Shown: in pieces, positions 25,101 through 36,680 of the stretch
How positions within the stretch are numbered: the first letter of the stretch is position 1
Layout of the letters: each line of letters opens with the position of its first letter
Notes under the pieces: model-generated
Database searches by the model: none
The model's input: the letters and a program-made list of their open reading frames with translations, nothing else
Told to the model about the DNA's origin: nothing
Position numbers and translations under genes: made by a program
Assembly (NCBI GenBank): GCA_036172245.1
Contig: JAYWIR010000041.1
Coordinates: 372,001-436,000, forward strand
Length of the DNA stretch: 64,000 bases
Source of the DNA: Raillietiella orientalis
Lineage: Eukaryota
Reading direction: 5' to 3'

Positions 25101-27700
25101 TCAGGCAGCTTCAGCGCCACCGCGGCGAGCGAGGCACCCAGGCGGCCGCCGCCCGAAGACCGGACAAGCGCGCGCGCGCGGTCGTCCGACCAATCCGGGC
25201 AGGGAGGGTCGTTACCATGGATATTTGGATTTCGGCTCCGGGCTCCTCCCTCGGGTCCACCGTTTTTATTATGGCGTGGCGTCGTCGCTCTTCCTCCTCC
25301 TCCTCCTTCCCGGGATCTCTCTCGCGCGCTCCTCCGCTGCGGGCCGGCACTGCGCCGCATCCCGCGAGAGGAGCGTCGCCTCAGAGTCGACACGCCCGCG
25401 GCCGTTTATCCGCAACGATGGACCGCCGTAATCACATCTTCGTGTCTTGTAAATCACGTCTGCACGCCGCGGACGTCGTAAAAACGCGCGCGGATGTGGT
25501 CCGGGCAGAAATCTAATAAGCGGGTTTCCAGGAGAGGCCTGGGTCCAGGAGGAGATGCCCTCCAGCGTGCGAAACACGCCGGGAGCGAGAGGGGAGGACG
25601 CGCGGAGGACGACTGGCCTCCGAGGAAGCGGCAGAAACAGTGCGTTTCCTGGGGGTCGGCACAGGAGCACCCGGGCGCTCCCTGATGAGGGGCGACACTC
25701 TTTTTCTTCTTCCCTTCCGTCTCCCAGTGGAGCCCAAACTCCCTTCTTCCTCCTCTTCTCTTCCTCCTCCTTCTCCTTCTCACCCTTTCTGGTCCCAACC
25801 CGCATTCCCACCCACAACCGTTCCTCCTCCTTTGATGCGCCTGACAATTCCGCAGCTCCTCCGGGAACGCTCGCTCTTTGCCCGACTTCCTCTGCCGCCC
25901 ATAGATCGTCCAGAGGACCGGAAATCTTCCATCAGCTCTTCCGCTCCGAGTCGGGAGGCGCTGCCCGCCCTCCTCGAGCGCCCCGCTCCCGGTTTTCTCT
26001 GGGAGAGAGGGGCGGGCGATCTCCCTGAGGTCAGTGCCCCCAGTTGCCTGCAGGGTCCTGCCGAGACTCGCCCCTGCGTCTTCGTGGGGCTCTCCGGAGA
26101 GCTCTACGCCCTCCGGCGGAGTCAGAAGTCCCTCGGGAGTCGCAGACGTCCCTGTATGCAGCTGCGCTTTCGCGGGGGAACCCCCGAAGTAGGCGGCGGT
26201 GCCAACAGGCACTCCGGAGTTGCCTCTCCCCCCTCGGGGCGCGCCGGATTCTTGGAAGCAGCCCAGAGGCCTCACTCGCAGCTGGGCGGCGGGGTCGATT
26301 CTCGGGACTGCGGGGAGGAGGCGAGGTCTTCGCCCTCCGTAGCCGAAGGGGGAGGATTCCGCGCGACCCTGCTGCCCATCCTTCCGGTCGACACCACAAA
26401 AGAATCTGCAAGATGGCGGTGAATGAGGCCTGTGATGGCGGCTGCTGTCTTGGAGACTGCGGTCCGCGTAACCAGGACACCGTCCCGCTCCAGGGGCAAC
26501 GAGCTGAAGGAGAAACGCGAGGTCGGCCAGCAGGTCGCCATTCCTCCTCGCATGGGCACGACTTCCTTCTCTTCTCCCAGAGCCGCCTCCCCTGAGACGT
26601 CGCCGGCCGTCCCGGAGCGCAGGTCAGCCCTCTCCAATGCCAAGGCAAGGAGGGAAAGACGGGAGCGAGCGAGGGCGGCCGGCGAAGGGAACGAAGGGAC
26701 GCTCATCTTTTTCGGTCGCACTTCCGCAGACACTGCCCCAATGCCCAAGATGGCGGCGGTGCGGACGCTCTCTGCGAGGGCCGCGCCCGCACCTCCGGCA
26801 ACGCCTCCTGTCTTCCGGAACCCTCGGGGAACGCACGCGGAGGACCCGAGGGCTGGGATGCCACCCGGAGGCGGATCGCAACCGGCAGGCTCTGCGGGTC
26901 ATTTGCGAGGTCGTTTGCCCGCACATCTTGATAAGGCCGCGAGGTCGCACCAGTCCGTTGGCGCCATCAGGGCGACAAAGGGCCGCGAAGGGGAAGACGA
27001 AGGGAGCCCCTGCTCAAGGCGGGACTTCCGGGAACATCCCCGCCGGCGTCCCGCTTCTGCCGCAGAGGACTTCCCGCCTCTACTGAGCGGGGGAGGAGCC
27101 ACCACCATCTTGCTCAGATCGGAAAGCCAGTGGGAAGGCGGCCTGGGTGCCTCTGAGCGGCGGCGGAGGTTAGCCGCTCAGACCCAAGTCAGTTCCCACG
27201 TGCCCTCAGGGGGGAGGCGCGGTCGCGCCACTCCCCACCGTCGGGAGCGTGTCCCTCCTTGCCTCGGGAGGGCGCGTGGGGGAGTTGCCGCAGACGGCGC
27301 ACACCGGGTCAACCGGGGGGGAGCAAACCCGACGTTTCACTTCCCTGCTGGCGCTTCGGCAGCGTCGCCTCCTCCCGTCCTCCCGCCCGGAGGCGATTCT
27401 GGCGCCACATTCCTCCCCGAAAGGGGGAGAATCCCTCGCCGAGAGGTAACAATTAAAAACTCCCTCGTTATTAGGCACGAACAAAGCCTCTCGGGGTCAA
27501 AGGTGACTTCGCGCATCCGGGGTCGGGCGCCGTGTACGTATGTGGCTCAGCACGATCCACAGCTCTCTCGCCACTTTTGCAGATGCCTCGCCCCCAGGCA
27601 CTTCGGTCACGCCGTCGGCCACGCACACGAGCCTCTCCCGTCCCAGAGCACGGCATGATCACGCCGTCCGACTGTGGGTGCACGGTCAGCGGGAAGCGGG
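19200..27700. promoter_or_regulatory. GC/CpG-rich domain with clustered X-box, YY1/Pho, ETS and CCAAT motifs
   Basis: Visibly very GC- and CpG-rich (not computed), with (CGG)7 at 21772-21792. Motif coordinates are given under findings. Confidence 0.45.
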
Positions 27701-30700
27701 GTCGGGCCGCGCCGGCGCGTGTGTCGGTCCGAAGGAGCTGCCGCGAGGACGGCGGCGGTGTTTCCTCCTCATCCCGTTACACGTCCGTTCCTCCCTGGCG
27801 AGAGAGCTTCCCCCACGGCTTCTCGGAACTTCCCCGCCGTCTCGTCCCTGTTCTGGGAAGCTCCGTCTCCATATTCTTCTCCCCACCCCCTACCCCCTTC
27901 CCGATGCGCGTTCTCCCCCTTTCCCGCCGTCGTCCCGACGTTCGTTCGTCCTCCTCGGGACCTGCCCGAACCTTTCCCGAAGGCCGGAAGAAGAAAACAA
28001 GACGGCATGGCGGAAACGGGGGAGATTCGGGGGCGGAATATTCCGAGTCGCATTGTCGGACATCCGCCCTTCCACTTCCCGTCCTCGGCTTCCATCGTTT
28101 CGAACGCGTAGCCGGTGGGCGTGCCCGGTCAGGTGTGTTGCACTCGGCGAGCTTTGCAATGCTTGCTGCGTGGAGCCGTTTCCGTCGGCCATTTGCCGAA
28201 AGCCGTCCGTGCCAGCTTTCCCTGCAGCAGCAGCACCCTGTGGGCGATCCCTCCTTCCTATTCATCCAGGTCAAATGAAGCGAATGGAAGCGTTGGGTCG
28301 GGTCGCCCTGCTCCTCAAGGAACGAATTGTATCTTTGCCACGAACGTGCCACGTATTGTCCAGTGATTCGTCACTTGTAAGTTCTTTGAGAGCGGGAAGG
28401 GGGAGGATGGGGGGGGGGGGGCTTGGAGAATGCCGAGCGCTCTGACGGAGGTCTGCCGTGCTGGTCGGACGCCGTCTCAGTGGTCCTCCCACCGGAGCGC
28501 CGCTTTCGAACTGACAACGACGTCGGCAGCGCGCGTGCGTGGTCTATCAGAGGAAGAGCGATTTCCTTCTTCAGCCTCACGGGTGGTGGGCGACCCAGCC
28601 CTGTGCTGCTGCGAGAGATAACCGGAGCGGATTCCCGGCTCGCGCGCCGTACCCCAAAGCAATGCCTCGTTCGGTCGAAACAGGCCAATAACCGACGAAA
28701 GGGAAAGTGGTGCGCCGGGCGGAAGTGCGGAACACGCCAAATGCAGGGCAACAATGAAGCCGAGAATGGCGCGGGCGAAAATGAGACGCCGGGACGACGA
28801 ATTCTTCGCCTTCTTCTTTCACCTTCGAAAAGCCCTGGGAGTGCATTCTTCGACTGAGGGCTGCGCTAACCACAGCAGTCCGCTGGAGCTACCGCTGACT
28901 CCACGTGCATGGCGAATCCTTGTTAAGGGATGCTCACCTTTCATTTGGTGCTTGATCACGGGATGTCGAGCTTCCCGGAAGAGTCCCTTGATCGCGGGGC
29001 AAGGAACGGAGGGAAAGGAATCGATCTGTAATCCCCCGCCCTTTCCTTTGCCTCCTCGTAGACAGAGCTCGGCGCCTGCTCGCGGCAGCGCTGTGTGCGG
29101 TGGCCACCTCGTACTCTTCCTTCCGGGCGTTTCGAGGTCCTCCCTCACGCGGAAGTCGGCGGAAGACGCTTCCCGCAAGCGGAACGTGGGAACCACCGCA
29201 CAGATGCTGCGCACCGCTCGGGATTCTCTCTCCGCCGAGTGCGACCCCGTCCGGAAGAAGAAAAAAAAAAAAAAAAGCTGGAAGTGCGCGGTGACTCCAG
29301 CTGACCATGGGAAGCGATCCTGGCGCACGCATGGAAGCCGAGGTGCATCCGCTGGTAGGTGGCGGGAGTGAGGCGGAGAGATTTTCTTTTTCCTTCTTCG
29401 GAACAAAAGCGCACGCCGAGCGCAGCTGGCTGCGCGAGGTTCCCATCCTTCTGAGTTTATGGCTGCGGAGCTCTTCGATTCGCACGATCACCATTTCCTC
29501 TTCCATTGCGAGGTTGCGCTTCTGGGGGTCGAAAATCTTGAAAGCGTGTGATTCGGAGAGCGGATGCGCAGCCTCTTCAGAGGTCGCGCGCCCTCTCTGC
29601 AGGAACCAAACTGGCAGCAGCAACAGCGCTCCTTTTCCCCGTTTCGATGAGGAGCTACAGGAACTGCTTTTCTGCGAGAGCCTGTGGGGTCGGACGGTGG
29701 TCATCGAGGGGAAAGGCTTCGCTCCTCCTCCCTCCCGCTCACGCGTTTCCGAAGACTCGGAGTTTCTCAGGGACCGACCGGGATGTCATCCCGGGCGGAT
29801 TCCAAGGCGCTGAGCAAAAATGGAGGACGCACGGCGACCGCAGAGAGCCTTCCACGAGATGCGAAAGTGCGCGCCCACCTTCGCCGCGTCTCTTGCGAGC
29901 GGCGCGGCACCGTCGTCGTCGTCGTCGGCACCAACCACGAGAATCACCGCTGCCACTCGTCCCTTGAGCGCCTCCTGTCTTCGCCAGCAACCAGGCAGTC
30001 AGCTGAAGACACAAACTTGCAAGCAGTACGCGGAAAAGAACGTCCGTTGTCTCAATGATTTTTTTTTTTTCCTTCCTCCCTTGCCGACCGCCCCGCTTTC
30101 CTGGCGCCGGTGTTCTTGGGACGACCATCTCGCAAGCGTGGCATCCTGGTAAATGTTCTGTTCGTGCACCTGAAAAGCTTTGCTCTAAGAGCCCTCACTT
30201 CCCCCCGTACTTGAAGAAGGACCGCGGCGAGGTCGTCATTCGGTATGGACGGGATTCCACCGGAGACGGCGTGGAATTCGGTTGACCCTCCGACGTTGCA
30301 TGGGTCCGCGTGGTGTGCGGAAAGGAACAAACAACAGTGTTGCACTTGCAAGGGCAATTATGGAGTTGATCTGACTGCCGCGGAGCGCACGGGATTTGTT
30401 ATTTTTTTTTCTTTTCTCCCTAGTCTTGATGGAGCAAATGGCGCTGCTTTGAGGGGATCAGCGAAGGTTGCGAGACGGAGAAGATCCGTCGCCATGTAAA
30501 GTGGAATCGGACCTTCGTGCTCGCGCTTCCGTGCCTGACGATGACGGAGATTCATCGCGGTTCGGAAAACGGAAGATTGCAACAAATTGCCCGGCCGACT
30601 TCGCGTCCTGGACGCCGGGAAGCCGCCGTGGCAACCGGAGGGCTAGGTATTCCGATGCGCCGCCTAAAAGTTCCAGCGGGAGCGATGGGCGTTTCTCTTC

Positions 30701-32231
30701 GAGCGCCACCTCGCGCATTCCCGTTCTCCAGAGGACCGCGCCGCGAGCGCGGGAGTCGCCGGGGGTCTCTCTTCCTGCGTTCCACACTCTCCAGACCTTC
30801 GTGCTTCCCAGAGCTCCTTTGCGCATTCGTTGCAAGCCCGCGGGCACGTCGGCGGCATGCGATCTGAAATCGCAATGCGTACGCAAGCAAGACAACGCGC
30901 AGATGGGAAGATGCGGCGTGGCGAGAGAACGCAACGCCTGCTCTTTTAACGGCTCTGGATGCCCGTCCTGCAGCTGAGACCAGCACCGCGGAGCCGACCT
31001 TTTTGGCGAGGCCTGACTGGATCGGAATTCCGGCGCCTGGACCAGAAGAGCAGTTGGTGATCTTCACGGTTCCTTTGATGGCTCACCACTTGGCGTGGGG
31101 TGTCCTCCTCACTTGACGCAGGAATCCTCGGGTCTTGCGCAGTGGCCCTTCGCTCACGTTCGTCTGGATGTCGCGGTCCACCCGAGCGCAAAAGACTGGG
31201 CTACCAGAAGACGACGATGCCGCCGGAGGTATCGATCGTCCATGAGCCACTGGACCCAAAGGGGTGCCTGGGAAAGAGAATCCATCGCGCTCCAAGCACG
31301 GGAGGTGATCAAGTGGATGGGCACCGGTTAAGGTGAGCAAACAAAATACGGAACCAAGCCAAAGACAAAGAAGACGTCGGGCGTCGAGTCATGCGAGTCC
31401 AACCTTCCCGGGGGCCATTCCATGTCTCCTGAGCGCGAGAGCAACCTTGGGCTCGGTTCTGGAAAACTTCCGAAAGTGTCTTTTCACCTTGCCCTGAAGC
31501 CAACGCCTTGGTGTTGGTACTCGGAAACGACAGCGGACGAGAAGCTCATCTCGCGGAGTGCGACGACGAACCTGCCGTCCGTTGAGAGTTCGACACCTCT
31601 CCGTCGGCAGGGCTGGCTTAAGATCGAGCCGCTCTTTCAGAAAAATGTGCTCACTTATTGGAAGGGGAGGAGGGGAGAAGAGAGATAGACCGCGAAGAGA
31701 AAAACCGGCGAAGATTCTAGAAGTGTGTGCAATGGAGCGTGAAGCCTTTCATCACAATAAGATCCAATTATGTGGATGAGAATCGACGGGACGGCAGGAA
31801 CCGGTAAAGCACGTGATCAAGAACCCCTTCGCAAGAAGCTCATTCACCCAGCGTGGACCTTGAAGATGCAGAGGCAGAAAAAGTTCCGACAAGAGGTTCT
31901 GCTGCCTTCGCCAGGACGTTTTCTTTTCTTTTCTTTCTCCCCTCCCCCTCCCCTTCCAAGCAACAGGGAGTTCATTAGCGTCCACTCCTCGCGTTCCTGA
32001 AGGAACCAGAGCTTTGCGGAACGCGTATCGTCGAAGGACTTGCCAAGGAAGATGAGGACGTTTTTATCTTCTCGTCCAGAGAACCTGGATCCACGTTCCC
32101 CATAGGGAAGTCTGGAGGGAGGGAGGAGTGAAGGCCTGTCGAAGCAGCTAAATCGTTATGGAGAAGAGCGAAGCGCGCACGAAGGACGCACGAGAATCTT
32201 TCCGGTCCCTTCCACTGCAACAGAGGGGAGC

Positions 32232-32482
32232 TCCTTGTCTCCCCGCACGTGTGTGTCAAGTGGGGGATTCCCCCGGAACGAAATCTCAGACGAGAGGTGT
32301 GCAAAGTGGTCACACTGTAGCGCGAGAGCTTGCAAGAGTTCCCATCGCCTGCACCACCGTCTGCCTGAAGACAAGCGAATCCGACGCTGCGAGGCGGCGT
32401 CCTCCTTCAGCGAGAAGGGGGGGGGGAAGCTGGGACACCCTGGCATCACCCGACGGAGTTGCCCGGCAGCCCTGCGCGCGCC
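32232..32482 (-). repeat. Left copy of a ~240-bp inverted repeat pair (partner 34236-34464)
   Basis: tccttgtctccccgcacgtgtgtgtcaagtgggggattcc...gcccggcagccctgcgcgcgc is the near-identical reverse complement of 34236-34464, plus a 19-nt extra segment (ttgcaagagttcccatcgc). Confidence 0.95.
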
Positions 32483-34019
32483 TTCTCCTGCTCTCGGAAA
32501 CGAACGCAGCTCGGGAGACAAGCCTCTTTCGCCTAGCGGTCGGACGGAGCACGCCGCGGAGCCTCCTCATGGGTAAAATGCTCCAAGTAGCCTCTCTCCC
32601 CACACCTCTTGGTTTTCGAGTCACATTTGTTCCTCCTCCTGATTGCCGTCATTGTTCCCCGACCGGGACCGTCTCTTTAGCAGTTTGGCACGTGCTCGCA
32701 CCCCCTCGAAACGAGCGGATTCTTCGAGAAACTTCATTCCATACCCCCCCCCCTTCTGCCCCCTCCCCCCCTCTTTTCTCCTTCCCTTTCAGTGGGCAAT
32801 TACAAGTCAGTGCTTATCGGAAGCGGTTTGCTGGTTCATTGGATGCGATGAAAGACTTCCAGCGCGAGGCGTAGGGAACGCACTCCGAGCGCTACAGTGT
32901 GACGATTAGTCGAAGGGGCACGAAGAAGGGATCGGTCCGATTTCGGGAATCTTTTCGCTGGTCTGGTTAGAGGCGTGTCGACGTCGGGAGAAAAACCGGG
33001 CCCTTCCCGAGGGATCGGACCGGGAACCTCGACCTCGATTCGTTGGGTGGTTGGTCAGAGACTTGTCAAAGCCGGGGAGATTTGCACACCGGCAGGCGCT
33101 GATGGATCCCGGCCGTACGGCGCGAGTCGTCAGCTTCCGGCCGCTCCTTGGCGTGGTGTCGGCTGGAACCGTCTGGAAGAGTTGCCACGTGACCGACCTT
33201 CCGCCGACTTACCCCTGTCGCTCCCCGCGCACCGAACGGGAAGCCGCTCGTGTGCCCTCTCCTTCCCGGAATGTTTTCTCGTCGCGAAGCTGCGGACTTT
33301 CTTCGCCGCTCCAGCGCGACCTCCTCACCACTCCAGCACCGCTCTCAAACGTTTTCTTCCAGAAGATGCATTCCCATCGCACGAGATTGAGGGATGCCTC
33401 TGCTTCGCCGATGCGCATCCTCTCAGAGGAGCATCGTCGGTTGCTTGGCTTTCGTCCACAGGAAGTCCATCTTGCATTTGGTGAACCAGGATGCGAGCGC
33501 CTGGGAATCCTCGGGCATCCCTGCTGTAACCACATGGGTCATCGAAGTGATACAGCACATTTCTTGACGGTGGTGGTGATGGCTCACGGCTGCTTGGGAG
33601 CTCCTCAGAAGAGTCCTCCAAACCTTGCTCGTGCAACTCCTGCCTTGGAGCGGAGAGGTTCGGGAACTTCTCTTTTAGAGTGCAAAACTTCCTTCGAAAC
33701 GGATCCGTCACTGGCTACCCGGGATCTCTCAGCATCCCTCCATGCCCTTCCAAAAGACTGCAAAACAAACATTGCTGACCTCACCAACCGAGCAGTGTTC
33801 CTGTGCCCCACAAAAAAACACTAGTTTTTTTTTTTTCTTCTCATTTCATGACCAGCAGCCTGACGGTCACACGCAGGAGGAAAGTTGAATTTGTCACGTC
33901 GAACTGCAGGAACTTTCGTTTTATTTTTCCAACAAAGAATTCGTCCAACCCGAATGCATAGAAAAAAGAATCCTTCCCGACTCTCAGGACGTTTGCTTCC
34001 CTGCAGATGCACGACGAAA

Positions 34020-34205
34020 TGCCAAATTCCAGACTGGAACGCTCAAGGATTTGAAAGTCGTCTGGCAATATCCATCCCAAAGTCACTTGGGAGGCAGACA
34101 GAAACTTTCCTGAACATCCCAGCGTGGATTCTTCAACAGGAGTCTTGGACTCTTCGCTTTGGCCGTCTTCCCATCTGTTACGTGGAGTTCCGCGATGAAG
34201 AGTGA
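34020..34205 (+). mobile_element. Possible decayed LINE APE endonuclease N-terminus
   Basis: One frame gives QIPDWNAQGFESR (34035-) and ILQQESW (to 34148), matching APE motifs I (WNxxG) and II (LQETW). RGMMMAIEK (34490-) after the repeat resembles the GGV.I.VK motif. Confidence 0.4.
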
Positions 34206-34235
34206 CTGTACCAAGAATCATCATCGAATTTTTGA

Positions 34236-34481
34236 GCGCGCGCAGGGTTGCCGGGCAACTCCGCCGGGTGATATCAGGGTGCCCCAGCTTCCCCCCCCTT
34301 CTCGCTGAAGGAGGACGCCGCCTCGCAGCGTCTGATTCGCTTGTCTTCAGGCAGACGGTGGTGCAGGCTCTCGCGCTACAGTGTGACCACTTTGCACACC
34401 TCTCGTCTGAGATTTCGTTCCTGGGGAATCCCCCACTTGACACACACGTGCGGGGAGACAAGGAAAAAAAGAAAAAAAAAA
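34236..34481 (+). repeat. Right copy of the inverted repeat, followed by an A-rich tail (SINE/MITE-like)
   Basis: Reverse complement of 32232-32482 with few substitutions. Ends ...ggggagacaagg then A7-G-A10. Confidence 0.9.
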
Positions 34482-36149
34482 TTCGGAACCGGGGGATGAT
34501 GATGGCGATTGAAAAATTCCCCAGAAGCAGGCAGAGGAAGGAAATAGTCTGCTCGAACAGTAGAGTATTCCCGGGATGCGTACTGGGAATGGGGGATGGG
34601 TCACCACCACCTGTCATGGAAGCGTGAACACGGGATCAAGTGTGCCATCACAGTCAAAGCCTCGTGTTCAATAACACTTATTACATTATGATTTGAGTGC
34701 AGAGATCTTTTTCATCACTGGAAGCACCTCTTGCTGCATCAACAGTGGGAACACTGCCGTGGAAGGCAACGTTTCCTTCCGTGAGCGTAATTGTTCCCTG
34801 ACAAATAGCACAAAGTGCGCTTTGTGTTTTGGCTAAAGGAAACGTCTGAATCCCCAGTTTTCCCGTAATCAGAATTTGGATCTTCTGAACACAAGATTCT
34901 TCTTTTCTTCTCCAGAAGTGGCATCGAACAATCTGAACAGCAAAACTGAGAAGACCTCATGACCTATCCTCTCTCTCTCTCTCTCCCTTTTTCTTCTTCC
35001 AGAAGTGCCGGCGTGTGCGTCGGGAATCGGCACACAAGTGAATAAGCAAAATGCTCTCCGTGTGCCTGCCTTTTTTTTTTTTTTTTCCGTTCTTTCCTGT
35101 CGTCGAGTGCAATCGACGCTCCCGACTTCCCGGCGCTTCGAGCCTGACGCTTCGGAAGGGAAGCGGGGATGCAGGGGGGGGGGAGAGGGGGAACCGGATC
35201 GTCCGAAATAAGTTCGGACAAGACGCCTCCTCGCGGCGCAGCGCTTTACGCGCACGGAAATGCGCGCCATCGCAAAAGTCGCTCCTCTTCGCCCTTCCCG
35301 TGGGCCGGAAGGGTTTTTCAAGCGTCGGCGGCCGTTCCAGCCGGCACCCAACAATGAAAGTTTCCTCCCTCGAGAATGAGAATTTCCCGAGCGAGAGAGA
35401 GAGGGGGGGGGGGGGAATCCGATTGTCTGACTGCCGGCACACTCGGGGAACGAGAACGCGCGGCTGTTGCAGTCAACAACAATGCCGCGTCGACACGCCA
35501 AAGGCGCGTCCGTGCTGCTGCTATAAATAGCCTCGTCCTCGTTGGAATCGCCCGCCTTTCGTACCGCGCATTTGAGCGAGCGATGTGCGAAGGAGTTGGG
35601 TGGCCCCGATCTTATCATCATCTGCAAATGTCTTCCGTAGATCGTAGATTTGATTTTCTATGTGTGCGTGTGCGTGCTTTTTCTCCGGAGGCTGTCAGGT
35701 ACGCCTGCACGAAGCACCGCACGGTTTTTCCATGTGGAGGATTTCGATCATCGATCGAGACGTGCCAGGTTTCCTGAGGGCCACTGAGTTCTTTCTGTTA
35801 ACTTCCCCGATTGCCTCCCCGGTCCTTTTTTCTTGGAGGAGGGACCACTTCCGTACGGCTGCTGATCTTCGAGTACGTTATCATTCCTCGCAAATGTAGA
35901 ATGTTTTAAAGATGGTTTCGCACTACCCAAGGGATGAAAAGCAAAAAAGAAAAGAAGAAAAAAAAAAGCCCTTCTTTCAGAAACGCTTTCACTCCTTGCG
36001 AAAATGGGACTGCTCCTTTGCTCTGTTCCCTTTAAACGGATGAACAAGATAAATGAGAATACTCCTTCCTTGTTTTCTCTTGTTAACAGCTGCATTAATG
36101 TAGATGTGAAAACATATGTGACCATCTTATTCGTCCGCCTCTTTTCTGG

Positions 36150-36680
36150 AACATTCCCCGCGATCGTCGAGGGTTCGCCCTGAATGGGGTGACCCACCCC
36201 ATGTTTCCGTCACACCTTCCGAGGGCGCTGCGTGCTCGGACGCACGCCATCTCTTTTCCAAACGGACTCCGCCCTGCTCCTCGGGAATCTCCTCCAATCC
36301 TGCCGGCGCCTCGCCATCCGATGCATCCCAAGGTCCCGAGCGCCGTCCTTCGACGATCGTTCTCGCTGCTGCAGCGGGAGCTCCTTTGGGGGCGGGACGA
36401 AAAGCCAGTTCTTCTCCCGTCTCTCCCCGTCTGGAGCCGTTGATGACTGCTCGTCGGGGCGAGCGGTAGTCCAGCATGAACAGTTCCCTCGTCTTTCCCT
36501 TGGAGTACTGGCGCCGGGATGTGTTCCCGGAATAGGCTGGTTCTCAAGTGTCATCCCCAGTGTGTTAGAGCGACACCCCTTTGACCCATGCCTCCAATCT
36601 GCCGTGCCATTGCTCGGTCGTGATACGAATGGCAATGCAGACGTTCCCGTCGTCACCAAAGACCAGCCGAGGTGAAGGGA
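36150..36680 (-). mobile_element. Decayed RTE-like LINE reverse transcriptase fragment; dispersed repeat copy 1
   Basis: Minus strand, in order across frames: LVFGDDGNVC...EQ...LEAW (cf. LFADD..+C...EQ...LE.W), VLQGKD, GETGEEL..R, KRWRA...EGVTETW (cf. K.Y...RP.L.YG.ETW). Nucleotide homology to 47970-48250 is directly visible. Confidence 0.45.

Noticed and set aside
19198..28445. Long ORFs (e.g. 21199-22653, 21662-23080, 23783-24820, 26423-27658)
   Set aside because: They overlap in several frames on both strands, are Arg/Pro/Gly/Ala-rich and have no recognisable domain. This is expected from stop-codon scarcity in GC-rich DNA.
29440..29560. Minus-strand peptide SESHAFKIFDPQKRNL resembling a copia integrase tail
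   Set aside because: Single short motif with no supporting neighbours.
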